A stretch of DNA of 64,000 bases from Nanobdellota archaeon (GTDB lineage Archaea > Nanobdellota > Nanobdellia > Pacearchaeales > GW2011-AR1): contig JBBSXB010000003.1 of the NCBI GenBank assembly GCA_038046005.1, positions 23,193 through 87,192 on the forward strand, read 5' to 3'. Within the stretch, counting starts at the first letter, position 1. Every line of letters begins with the position of its first letter. Made by a program: the position numbers and the translations under genes. Below the pieces are notes generated by a model, which was given only the letters and a program-made list of their open reading frames with translations, was not told the origin of the DNA and ran no database searches. Positions 49,338 through 58,702 of the stretch are shown piece after piece.

Positions 49338-49438
49338 TTTTATACCTCCTTACATTGATTAAACATGTTTGCAAATTTACTCAAAATAAGTAAAAATCCT
49401 AATAACTTATTTTTTATAAACTTTCTGGTTTTCGAAAG

Positions 49439-50107
49439 CTATTTTTCATATATTATTGATTCTTCTTTTGCGCCTAATTTTATCAAATTTTCTTTTATAT
49501 CCTTCACAAAAAATGCTGGGCCACATACGTAAAAATGCTGATTGAAATCTTTTATTCTTTTGCTCAAGAACTTTTTGTCTATCTTTCCGTGTTCATATCC
49601 TTTTCTTTTCTCTTCAGTCAAAGTCAAAATTAAATTTTCTTTAAACGTATTGATTAACTCTTTTTCAAAAAGAATGTCTTCCTGCTTTTTATTTGAGAAT
49701 ATTAAGGTGTTGCCTTCTAACTTATTTTCTTTTTTAAGCTGTCTTGATATTGCAACAAAAGGAGTGACTCCTGTCCCTCCAGCAATGAAGACTCCCTTTC
49801 CTTTGTAACTTATTGTTCCAAATGGGTCTTCTATAATCAATTCATCTCCCGGCTTCAATTCATGCAGCTTTTCAGTGACTCCGTCTTTGTATTTTTTTAT
49901 TGTGAATTCTAAAACTAAATCATCATTTAAGCCGCATATTGTGAAAGCTCTTTTTTTCTGTTCAAATCCGGGCTTGTTTATTGAAATATCAGTAGCCTGC
50001 CCAGGCACAAACTTGTAACCCTCTGGTTTTTCAACTAAAAAACTCATGGCATTGTGGCTCATAAAACCAATCTTCATAATTTTCAGAATTTTTACTTTGT
50101 GGGACAT
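49439..50107 (-). CDS. FAD/NAD(P)H-binding oxidoreductase (FNR/flavodoxin reductase family)
   Basis: FVPGQA, RAFT, FIAGGTGVTPF, FYVCGP. Confidence 0.9.
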   Translation of the reverse strand: MSHKVKILKIMKIGFMSHNAMSFLVEKPEGYKFVPGQATDISINKPGFEQKKRAFTICGLNDDLVLEFTIKKYKDGVTEKLHELKPGDELIIEDPFGTISYKGKGVFIAGGTGVTPFVAISRQLKKENKLEGNTLIFSNKKQEDILFEKELINTFKENLILTLTEEKRKGYEHGKIDKKFLSKRIKDFNQHFYVCGPAFFVKDIKENLIKLGAKEESIIYEK

Positions 50108-50122
50108 TATTTAACTCCGTTT

Positions 50123-50896
50123 TTAAATCGCTTTTATCTCCTTTTCATATTTTTGGACAAATTTCCAGGATTTTTTTAAGAAATCTTCAAAATCTTCCCT
50201 ATTGTCATAAAATTCCTGCAAATATAATAATAAAGGCTTACCATTTAATTTAAAATTTTCATACACATTATATGAAGTGAATTTATATTTGAATATTTTT
50301 TGAATCCTTTTATCATTTAAAATTATTTTAGGGACCATTTCACTTAAATGCCAAATTAAGTGAGGATTATCAAATTCTTTTTCCTTAGTTTTTGGAAAAA
50401 CTTTTTTCCATTTGTCAAAATATATAAAATGTGATAGTTCATGAATAGCCACTCTTATCATATCTTTATCATTAAACCTATAGAAAAGATCAAATGTTCG
50501 AACTTTAATATATCTAGGGCAAATTGTGTTCAGAGAAACTCTCCCATAAACTTTTTTATCTTTTTCATCCCATTTTTGTTCTACAATTTCAGATAAGGCA
50601 AGCATTATTTTATTATTTATCTTATCCCACTCTTTTTGGAAATAATCTCTTTTTCTCTCTAACTCATTCTTTTCTTTTTTGAAAACTTCCTCAAAAAAAT
50701 TATGCTCAATTTCTTTTCTTTTTTTTATCTCTTTAACTCCATCCAATTTGCTCTTTAGTTTTGAATAACCTTCATAAATTCTGCTACTCCAATCCCAATT
50801 TCTTTTTTTAGATGGATTTAGAAAATGATGTATTAACTGAAATGTTTCGTTTAATGGTGCAACACTAAATTCTAACTTAGGTATATTTTCTTTCAT
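50123..50896 (-). CDS. Hypothetical protein with HExxH motif
   Basis: AIHELSHF...HLSE. Confidence 0.65.
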   Translation of the reverse strand: MKENIPKLEFSVAPLNETFQLIHHFLNPSKKRNWDWSSRIYEGYSKLKSKLDGVKEIKKRKEIEHNFFEEVFKKEKNELERKRDYFQKEWDKINNKIMLALSEIVEQKWDEKDKKVYGRVSLNTICPRYIKVRTFDLFYRFNDKDMIRVAIHELSHFIYFDKWKKVFPKTKEKEFDNPHLIWHLSEMVPKIILNDKRIQKIFKYKFTSYNVYENFKLNGKPLLLYLQEFYDNREDFEDFLKKSWKFVQKYEKEIKAI

Positions 50897-51138
50897 TTTC
50901 CCTTTCTCCTATTCAGTTCCTTCACCAATTCATCAACATCTTTCTTTGTCATACCATGAACGGCAGCTCCCTGTTCTATTGTTTCATGAACAGACATGGG
51001 GCATCCGACACACCCAAAACCAACTTCATAAAGTGTTTCCATGGCGTCCGGGTTTTCTTCAATGAGATCTCCAATTTTCATGTCTTTGGTTATTTTTTTC
51101 TTTGAAACTTTTGTTTTTTTTGGGATTTTGGGTTTCAT
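50893..51138 (-). CDS. DUF1858 (redox disulfide/Fe-S-associated) domain protein
   Basis: ITKDMKIGD, GFGCVGCP, ETIEQGAAVHG. Confidence 0.88.
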   Translation of the reverse strand: MKPKIPKKTKVSKKKITKDMKIGDLIEENPDAMETLYEVGFGCVGCPMSVHETIEQGAAVHGMTKKDVDELVKELNRRKGK

Positions 51139-51704
51139 TTTAAATGTTCTGTGGAGTTTAATAGATGAATTTTGTGTTTTTTATTTTCATTTATCTCAAA
51201 AACATTCACTGAGGTTGGTCCGGGAGTTTCCTGTTCTCTTATATAAATTGCTGGTTTATTCATTATCACAGACACAAAAGCTCTATTAAGCATACCATGA
51301 CCAACAATCAAAACCGTTGAATTTTTATTTTTTTTGTAAATCTCGTTTAAAAAATTCTTACCTCTCACATACAATTGGTCAATTGTCTCAGAATCTTCTG
51401 GAAATTTTAATCCTTTTGTTTCCTTATATGTTTTTCCAGTAAAACTTCCAGCATGTATCTCTCTTAATTTGTCAGTGTAAAAAACTTTAACATTCTTGTG
51501 AAATTTAATTATCTCTTTTGTTGTATCAATTGCTCTTTTTAAGTCACTAGAATAGATTACATCAATTTTCTCGTCTTTCAATCTTAAAGCTAACTTTTTT
51601 GTCTGTTCTTTGCCTTCTTTACTTAAATTTCCAGGCATGTGTCCTTGATGTATCTCCTTTACATTTTCTTCAGTTTCACCATGTCTAACAATTATTAATT
51701 TCAT
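51135..51704 (-). CDS. Histidine phosphatase family protein
   Basis: VRHGET, YSSDLKRA, LREI, VGHG. Confidence 0.92.
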   Translation of the reverse strand: MKLIIVRHGETEENVKEIHQGHMPGNLSKEGKEQTKKLALRLKDEKIDVIYSSDLKRAIDTTKEIIKFHKNVKVFYTDKLREIHAGSFTGKTYKETKGLKFPEDSETIDQLYVRGKNFLNEIYKKNKNSTVLIVGHGMLNRAFVSVIMNKPAIYIREQETPGPTSVNVFEINENKKHKIHLLNSTEHLK

Positions 51705-51708
51705 CTTC

Positions 51709-52842
51709 TCAAGAAAACCTTCTCAACTTTTCAACTATTTTAGTTAGCTTTTCAATAACATAATCAATCTCTTCTTTTGTTGTGTACTTGCTTATGCTTA
51801 TTCTTATTGAACCTGCCAGTTGTTTCGGATTTAATCCAATTGCTTTCAAGACATGGCTTGATTCTTGAGAATGTGAAGCACAAGCCGAGCCTGTTGAAAC
51901 ATAAATTCCTTCATTCTCCAAATATCCTCCCAGAACTTCGCCGTCTATATTGTTGAATGAAACGTTAATATTATTGCAGAGTCTTTTTTCTTTTGGCCCA
52001 TTAAGATTTGTATTGGGAATTCTTAAAATTTTCCCTATTAAATAATCTCTTAATCCTTCCATGTTTTTCACGTCTTTCTGATTTGCAATTTCAACAGCTT
52101 TTGCGAATCCAACAATTCCAGAAACATTTTCTGTTCCAGATCTCATTTTTCTTTCGTGTCCACCGCCATGAAGCAAAGGATCTATTTTTATTCCTTCTCT
52201 TATATACAATGCCCCAACTCCTTTAGGGCCGTGGATTTTGTGTGAATTCATAGTCATTAAATCAATATTCATTTTCTTTACATCAATAGGAACTTTTGTA
52301 AAACTCTGACAAGCGTCTGTATGAAATAAAACTCCTTTTGCTTTGCATATTTTTCCTATGTCTTCTATATTTTGTACTGTTCCTATCTCATTATTTCCAT
52401 GTATAATTGAAACAAGGAAAGTTTTGTTTGTGATAGCTTTTTCAGCATCTTTAGGATTCACAAATCCTTCTTTATCAACACCTAAATAAGTCACTTGTGC
52501 AACATGCTTTTCAAGATATTTGCATGTATTAAGCACACAATCATGCTCTATCTTAGAAGTTATTATATGTGTTTTTGAAGGATAGTTCGCATAAGTCAAT
52601 CCAGTTATTGCAAAATTATTACTCTCAGTACCTCCTGAAGTAAAAACAATTTCAGAAGGTTTTGCGTTTATTGATTTAGCTATCATTCGCCTAGAATTTT
52701 CTAAAGCGTTTTTTGCCTCAAGCCCAAAAGTGTGGATCGAAGAAGCATTTCCATACTTCTCGCTAAAATAAGGAAGCATTCCTTTCAAAACTTTTTCATC
52801 AACTTTTGTTGTTGCGGCATTGTCAAGATATATTTGTTTCAT
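51709..52842 (-). CDS. iscS: Cysteine desulfurase (IscS/NifS type)
   Basis: IYLDNAATT, FTSGGTESNN, SHKIHGPKGVG, RSGTEN, STGSAC. Confidence 0.95.
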   Translation of the reverse strand: MKQIYLDNAATTKVDEKVLKGMLPYFSEKYGNASSIHTFGLEAKNALENSRRMIAKSINAKPSEIVFTSGGTESNNFAITGLTYANYPSKTHIITSKIEHDCVLNTCKYLEKHVAQVTYLGVDKEGFVNPKDAEKAITNKTFLVSIIHGNNEIGTVQNIEDIGKICKAKGVLFHTDACQSFTKVPIDVKKMNIDLMTMNSHKIHGPKGVGALYIREGIKIDPLLHGGGHERKMRSGTENVSGIVGFAKAVEIANQKDVKNMEGLRDYLIGKILRIPNTNLNGPKEKRLCNNINVSFNNIDGEVLGGYLENEGIYVSTGSACASHSQESSHVLKAIGLNPKQLAGSIRISISKYTTKEEIDYVIEKLTKIVEKLRRFS

Positions 52843-52843
52843 T

Positions 52844-53176
52844 TTAGGCTAGTTTATGACTGGCTTTTTCACACTTAGAACAAGGGGTTTTGCAAAAATT
52901 AGTGGAATGTTTGTCAATTAAATTTAATATTGGCATTATAGTTTTTTTATTCAAGAAATAAATCCTTTCTTTTCCTTGTTTTTTTGACTCAACAATATTG
53001 CAGCATCTTAAAGAAGCAAGGGCATGAGAAAGCTTACTTTGTTCAACTCCCAATTCCTTGTAAAGTTTTGTGACGCTTTTTTCTTTGTCTCTTAAACTTA
53101 AGACTATATCAATCCTTAATGGGTTTGCAAGATTGCTGAAAAAGAAATGGTACGATGCATTACCTGAATTACTCAT
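52844..53176 (-). CDS. ArsR-family regulator with CC and C-terminal Cys cluster
   Basis: LANPLRIDIV, QSKLSHAL, LRCC, FCKTPCSKC. Confidence 0.88.
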   Translation of the reverse strand: MSNSGNASYHFFFSNLANPLRIDIVLSLRDKEKSVTKLYKELGVEQSKLSHALASLRCCNIVESKKQGKERIYFLNKKTIMPILNLIDKHSTNFCKTPCSKCEKASHKLA

Positions 53177-53194
53177 ATGAAGCCATGTTCATAT
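53175..53194. promoter_or_regulatory. Autoregulatory operator of the ArsR-iscS operon
   Basis: ATATGAA-N6-TTCATAT overlapping the start codon, downstream of TTTATAAA. Confidence 0.65.
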
Positions 53195-53226
53195 ATATTT
53201 ATAAATGTTTGGGATAAGAATGAAAA

Positions 53227-53847
53227 TTATGCTGATCTTAATGCCTCTTTTAAATCTTGGCTCTTTGGCACGTCGCCAAAAAGCTTTTTTCTTAGATCAT
53301 GCGGAGCCTCTTGGTAGGGGATTGTGAAAGATTCTTCTTCTAACTTAGAATTATTTTCATATTTTTCGTCTCTTGTATCTTTGACAGAAACCGCAGTTAG
53401 ATGTAATCCTCCGGTGTTAGCTCTTTTTTCCAAAGGACCTTGACTAACTATCACAGATACAATAGTGTCATAGTCAAAAGATTTAGTTAGTTTGCCAAAT
53501 AAACTTGGAGATGTTTGTGTGATCGTTCTATTTGATCTATCTATCACTGTTCTAGTTTTACTTTGATTGTAAATTTCTTTAAAAATTCCTGGTGCAGTCG
53601 CTAGGGGGAGTAATCCAACAATCACTGCTCCAACAAGAGACCAACCAGCCTGGTCTCCATCAGCCCAACTTTCTTTCCATGCTTGAGCGTTCCAAATTCC
53701 ATCAGGAACATGGCTTTCTGCAATCCTTTGAGTATTAAGGTAAAGTCCAGTTGCTAATGCCCCAAACATTCCATAAAGAGCAGCAGTCTTTGTATAGGCG
53801 TTCTTTACTGCTTTTGTTGCAGAGGTAATTATTTGAGTTTGATTCAT
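53227..53847 (-). CDS. Membrane protein with bacterial PH-like (bPH_2) domain
   Basis: Two TMs, then YDTIVSVIVSQGPLEKRANTGGL. Confidence 0.65.
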   Translation of the reverse strand: MNQTQIITSATKAVKNAYTKTAALYGMFGALATGLYLNTQRIAESHVPDGIWNAQAWKESWADGDQAGWSLVGAVIVGLLPLATAPGIFKEIYNQSKTRTVIDRSNRTITQTSPSLFGKLTKSFDYDTIVSVIVSQGPLEKRANTGGLHLTAVSVKDTRDEKYENNSKLEEESFTIPYQEAPHDLRKKLFGDVPKSQDLKEALRSA

Positions 53848-53934
53848 ATTTTTTCTATAATCTTCCTATTTTTAAATCTTTCTTTAGTCGCCATTTTCAA
53901 GTTACTTTAAACTATAAAAACCTTAGAATCAGAA

Positions 53935-54246
53935 TTATTTTCCTTTGTCTGCTGGCTGATAAATTCCATCTTTAAGAAAATAAGCTGTGCCATCATCTGC
54001 CTGAAAATAAGTAATCCCATTGTCACTCGTCTTTTTCGTGGTTGTTACAAAGCTTCCATCTTCTTGCCCTATAAACAAACAAGTATATGATCTGAGAAAA
54101 TCTTGTGAAAAAGTAATTATATCTACAATTCCATCCCCAGTCAAGTCTTTATGTTCTTTGATTATTGGTTTAACACACCCAGCTAGTCCTAAAGCCAATA
54201 TTCCTGCTCCTAATGTTTTTTGTAGTTTGTTCATTTTATTTTCCAT
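53935..54246 (-). CDS. Lipoprotein-like protein with DxxxDG Ca-binding loop
   Basis: LAGC lipobox-like motif; DLTGDGIVDI. Confidence 0.65.
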   Translation of the reverse strand: MENKMNKLQKTLGAGILALGLAGCVKPIIKEHKDLTGDGIVDIITFSQDFLRSYTCLFIGQEDGSFVTTTKKTSDNGITYFQADDGTAYFLKDGIYQPADKGK

Positions 54247-54565
54247 TCAATTGATTTTCTATTTTTTTGTACCGAGCTCGACAAACTTCCTCAGGATTTA
54301 CATATGATGATTCTCTTTTTATCATTTCTGAAGCCGTAACATATCTTGTAATAGTTCCCTCATTAGTTCCATACAATGGTTTTTTGTGCCCTTGCCCCTC
54401 ATTAGTTTCAATAACAATATCTGCAACACCATCACCATTCAAATCTCTCATCTCTGCTGAAGCTGGTTTGTTCAAGTGTCCAGCATAAAAACCTACACCA
54501 AGTGCTAATACAGTTCCTGCTATTGCTCCAATCAACCCTCCTCTAAATTCATCTTCATTAACCAT
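54236..54565 (-). CDS. Membrane-anchored protein with DxNxDG Ca-binding loop
   Basis: N-terminal TM; DLNGDGVADIV. Confidence 0.65.
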   Translation of the reverse strand: MVNEDEFRGGLIGAIAGTVLALGVGFYAGHLNKPASAEMRDLNGDGVADIVIETNEGQGHKKPLYGTNEGTITRYVTASEMIKRESSYVNPEEVCRARYKKIENQLNGK

Positions 54566-54630
54566 TCCAAAATTATAATATCTCCTTTTATAAAGATTTA
54601 TATAAAAAATAAATCAAGCAACAGATCCTA

Positions 54631-57600
54631 TCAAGCTATGGCTTGTCCTGTAAGGGAAGCCTTGTTTTCCCAGGATTCTGGCTTCTCATTTTCGTCCATG
54701 AATTTGGAGCACTCTTCCTGGTTCTTTGGATCCTCGCAGTATTTTGTGCATTCTTCCTCGCTCTGGCATCCACCAGGGCCTTCTTTTCCTTTGTCTTGCT
54801 CTCCTCCTCCACCCATGACTTTTTCAAAAAACTGCTTTGCAAAGAATTTTCCACTGCCTTTTGCATCTTCAGGCGTAACAACTATCGAATTCATCAGACT
54901 ATTAAACATGAAATACATTTTCACACCATCGACAACGCCCTTTACAAGTTCTGTCTCTCTCTTTTTGTCCCAAGGAGGGCTTTGAAGCTCAACTCTCCCG
55001 CTTTCTTCATATTCAATTATGTCAAGCAATTTATTTACATCTAACTCAACTTTTATATTTTCTCCAGGATTCTGCTCAGGAGGCATTGGCTCAAAATAAA
55101 TCAAGTCATTTTCATTTATCTTCATGTAAACATTAAAAGAAATCTCTCCTGTCTCAAAGTCTTTCAATTGAAGGATAAGATTCTCCCCGTATTTTTCATT
55201 GAAGTTTCTGATTTCTTTCACGAACTTACTATCCTCTCTTAATCTTTGCTTTTCCTCCTCTGAAAGAGTGTTTATTTTTTCTTCTTCAGATGGCCCAGGC
55301 AGCTCATGATTTTCCATTGATTTTTTCATCTCGAATTTGAAGAATTCCCTTGATGGGAAAAGCCAAATCTTCATGTAAGGAGAAATGATTTCTTTCTGCT
55401 CTCCGAACTCACTTGTTGTCTTTATCTCTTCCCAAAATTCAACACTTCCATATTCTGTCTCGTATTTGAAATTAATAAGATTATAAGGCGGAAGTGAATC
55501 TTTATTCAAACATTCCAGTCTCTCTGTAATCTGCCTTGAAAGATCAACATCCCTCCAATACAGCTCAAATATTCCCGAGATATGCTCTTCCCATTTTTCA
55601 GCAGAATTGGCCACATACTTCTCAAAGAACCACGCTGCAAACTCTTGATTCAATGATTTTTCAAGTTCTCCTCTTTGTCTTATAAGGTTTTCAAGATCTT
55701 CTTTGCACCAGTCATTTCCGCCGTTTGAGTAATATTTGTTTTTTATAAGATGGAAATTGCTGAAATCATCATCTTGGTTTCCAGCCCATCCGCCAAACCA
55801 GATAAATCCTTCTGTTTTTCCTTGTGCTTCCCTGCATGACCCTCCGACAGTGAACACGAATTTTTCCTCTTTATGCTCTTCTTTTTCAGGTTCAACTCGT
55901 GTGTCTTCTCCTTTAAGGCATTTTTCAGAGCATTCTTCTGTGCATGAATCAATAGACACATCTGCCTTGCATTTTGTCTCACAGCTCACTTTTATTTCAT
56001 CAACATTACACTCTAACTCTTCACCACAATCTTCACGGATGCACTTTTCAACACACGGTCTGACCTCTCTGTCATAACACTCTCTGTCGCATCTTTCACC
56101 ACACTCTTGAGTCCTTCTTTCTCTGTCATCCTCTCTTCTATCATCTTCTCTGTCTTGTTCATCAAATTGTTCTGGCTGCTGAAAATTTTCTTCTGGCCCT
56201 TGTACAGGAGGTTGGTCCCTAGGCTGTTCTGTTCCAGGCTCACTTGTTACACTTTCTTCTGGACTTGGGCTTTCTCCAGTACCGCCACTTCCACTTGTTT
56301 CTCCAGTGCTTCCCCCATCTGTAGGCACACTTTCATCTCCTGTTGCAAATCCTGTTATTTTTCCTAATGACCTGAAAAAAGCGAAAATAAAATTTCCTGT
56401 AACAGGAGTTTCTTCAGCTTGTCCTTGGCTTCCAGTTTCCCCTGTATTTTCTTCAGGCTGCTCTGTTGTTTCTTGTTCAGGAGTTGTTTCTTCTGACACT
56501 TCTTCCTGTGTTCCGGGCTCTTCTGTTCCTGAGGATGTTTGTTCTCCAGTTCCCTCTTCACTCTCTATGTCTTGAAAATATTCCTCGATTCCTTCGCTTA
56601 TCTCTTCAACTTTTTCTGCTTGTGGTATTGTGACACATCTTCCATTGCTGCATACATCATTCTCATTGCCGCAGTCGCTTACAACAGCACACTCACTTCC
56701 AACAACCTCTGTTTCCTCAACTATCTCTGTCCCAACTCCTTCCTCACACACAACTCCTGTGGCTATCCATAATCCATCAACACATCCTTCTACAACAATA
56801 TCCTCTCCTGATGAGCAATGGTTTATTTTTTCCTCTCCGTCAGTGCATTCTGCCTTTCTGCATTCTGTCAACTCAATAATCTGGCACACTCCTTCTATGC
56901 ATGATGCCTCTCCACACAACGGGTCAGTGCAGTCATCATCTGTTGCACATGTTGAATTTTCTGACAAACATACAGGCTCAAGAGGGCAGCCATCTTCACC
57001 TGTGCCTGAGAAAATTACATTTCCCAGACATTCTAAAGCTTCATGTTGTGCGCATGTTGCACAGTCCTCTGGACAAGTTGTTTGCTCGTTTTCCTCGCAA
57101 ATATGGTTTCCGCAGATAGACACATTTTCATTTTGAACAATTTCTTCTTTTGCCTGGCACGCGCTTGTAATGCAGTACAATTCTATTTTTTTCTCTGTTG
57201 TTTGGTTGTTTTCTTCAACAGTTTTAGTTTCATATCCGCAGACTTTTCCCCCGCATTGTAAGTCAGCGCAGTCTATCTGATTGTTTTCATTGTCATCAAC
57301 ATTATTGTTGCATATTTCCTCGCCCCTCTCCTTGAATTCTTCAACAAGTCTTTGCTCCCACTGCTTTTGCTCATAATAGAATTCTTTTTTTTGATAGCTT
57401 GAAAATAATTCTGTGTAGAAGCTTTTCCTTTCCTCATAGTTTGCTTTTCTTAATCTATTTTCTTCCTGCCTTCTTTCCTGGTCTTTTTTTATCCAGCAAT
57501 ATGTTTCACCACATTTCATCCTTTCCTCTTCAGACATTGTTTCCCAGAAATTCTGGTAGTTTTTATCAAGAGCCTGCCATACATTGTTTGCCTGTTCGTT

Positions 57601-58620
57601 CCATGCTTCTGTCAGCATCCTCAGCTCGTTTGATTTTCTCATTGCAGACTGGTAATCTCCTAATCCTATCTGGCTCTTTATCTCATCAATCATGCTTTTA
57701 GTTTCCTGCTTGAAGCTCTCTGAGCTATAGCTCGAGTATTTTTCCCTTCCAGAATCAAAATTTTCAACATTTTCTACAGGCTTAAAGCCACGCCCTCTTC
57801 CCTCTATCCACATGTTAAGGTTTATCCAGCTCCAACCACAGTCATCACACATCTCAAATCTCATCGTGGCATCAAAATTTTCCGCTTCATACAACTCAAT
57901 TTCCCAGACAATAAGTTTTTGATCCTCTCTCTTGTTTTCAGAGCCAATGACATCATTCATAAGCTCCTGGCATTGTGAGGGGTTTTGGTTGAAGTATTTA
58001 TTGAAAGCCTGTTCAATGCTTACAGTCTTGCTTGCAAGAATTTCAAGTGTTTCTCTGCTTGGACTGTTTGCATAATTTTCAGCAAGGGATTTTGCCTCGC
58101 TGATTTTGCTTTTTATATCTAATTGCTCTTCAGGGCTTTTGAATCTGGTTTCAAGATTTAATCTGTAGTATAAGACATCTTCATTCTCCTTTGCTATTAT
58201 ATTTGGCCAGGCTCCCACCCATATCTGGATTTTCTTGCCGTCAAATATTAGTTTTCTCCATGCAGGCGCTCCATTCTCAATCTTTTTTTCATAGCCATTT
58301 CCATCTCCTTCCTCGACCCAGATCCATTTTGTATTTTCTGTCGGTTTTCCAAGCGCTTTTTCAAGCTGCTCTGTCTTAAGCACAGGATCATGCCTTTCAA
58401 GACTAGCTCCCATTGCTTTTGAGAGTTCATATCTTAGAGAAGCTGTGTAGACAATAAGCTGGGCATAATTTATGTTCCCTGCCTCATACTGCTCTGCCTG
58501 ATATGTTGTCTTTTCAATTAAATCTTCTATCTCTCCAGCACTTACTGGCTGAGCAAATGTAAAGAAGATGCTAAGAACTAAAACAGCCGAAGCTAATACT
58601 TTTAATACCTCTCTTTTCAT
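54631..58620 (-). CDS. Giant acidic Cys-rich secreted protein (likely start MKREVLK)
   Basis: Signal peptide; EICNNNVDDNENNQIDCAD, CGNHICE...CPEDC and further Cys modules; Glu/Thr/Pro-rich linker. Confidence 0.82.
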   Translation of the reverse strand: MKREVLKVLASAVLVLSIFFTFAQPVSAGEIEDLIEKTTYQAEQYEAGNINYAQLIVYTASLRYELSKAMGASLERHDPVLKTEQLEKALGKPTENTKWIWVEEGDGNGYEKKIENGAPAWRKLIFDGKKIQIWVGAWPNIIAKENEDVLYYRLNLETRFKSPEEQLDIKSKISEAKSLAENYANSPSRETLEILASKTVSIEQAFNKYFNQNPSQCQELMNDVIGSENKREDQKLIVWEIELYEAENFDATMRFEMCDDCGWSWINLNMWIEGRGRGFKPVENVENFDSGREKYSSYSSESFKQETKSMIDEIKSQIGLGDYQSAMRKSNELRMLTEAWNEQANNVWQALDKNYQNFWETMSEEERMKCGETYCWIKKDQERRQEENRLRKANYEERKSFYTELFSSYQKKEFYYEQKQWEQRLVEEFKERGEEICNNNVDDNENNQIDCADLQCGGKVCGYETKTVEENNQTTEKKIELYCITSACQAKEEIVQNENVSICGNHICEENEQTTCPEDCATCAQHEALECLGNVIFSGTGEDGCPLEPVCLSENSTCATDDDCTDPLCGEASCIEGVCQIIELTECRKAECTDGEEKINHCSSGEDIVVEGCVDGLWIATGVVCEEGVGTEIVEETEVVGSECAVVSDCGNENDVCSNGRCVTIPQAEKVEEISEGIEEYFQDIESEEGTGEQTSSGTEEPGTQEEVSEETTPEQETTEQPEENTGETGSQGQAEETPVTGNFIFAFFRSLGKITGFATGDESVPTDGGSTGETSGSGGTGESPSPEESVTSEPGTEQPRDQPPVQGPEENFQQPEQFDEQDREDDRREDDRERRTQECGERCDRECYDREVRPCVEKCIREDCGEELECNVDEIKVSCETKCKADVSIDSCTEECSEKCLKGEDTRVEPEKEEHKEEKFVFTVGGSCREAQGKTEGFIWFGGWAGNQDDDFSNFHLIKNKYYSNGGNDWCKEDLENLIRQRGELEKSLNQEFAAWFFEKYVANSAEKWEEHISGIFELYWRDVDLSRQITERLECLNKDSLPPYNLINFKYETEYGSVEFWEEIKTTSEFGEQKEIISPYMKIWLFPSREFFKFEMKKSMENHELPGPSEEEKINTLSEEEKQRLREDSKFVKEIRNFNEKYGENLILQLKDFETGEISFNVYMKINENDLIYFEPMPPEQNPGENIKVELDVNKLLDIIEYEESGRVELQSPPWDKKRETELVKGVVDGVKMYFMFNSLMNSIVVTPEDAKGSGKFFAKQFFEKVMGGGGEQDKGKEGPGGCQSEEECTKYCEDPKNQEECSKFMDENEKPESWENKASLTGQAIA

Positions 58621-58702
58621 TCCTTTATCGAGGAAACACTGGTATTTAAATTTTGGGATAATAACCTTAATAAATCCAACATCGTTGATAAAAACCCAAA
58701 CC

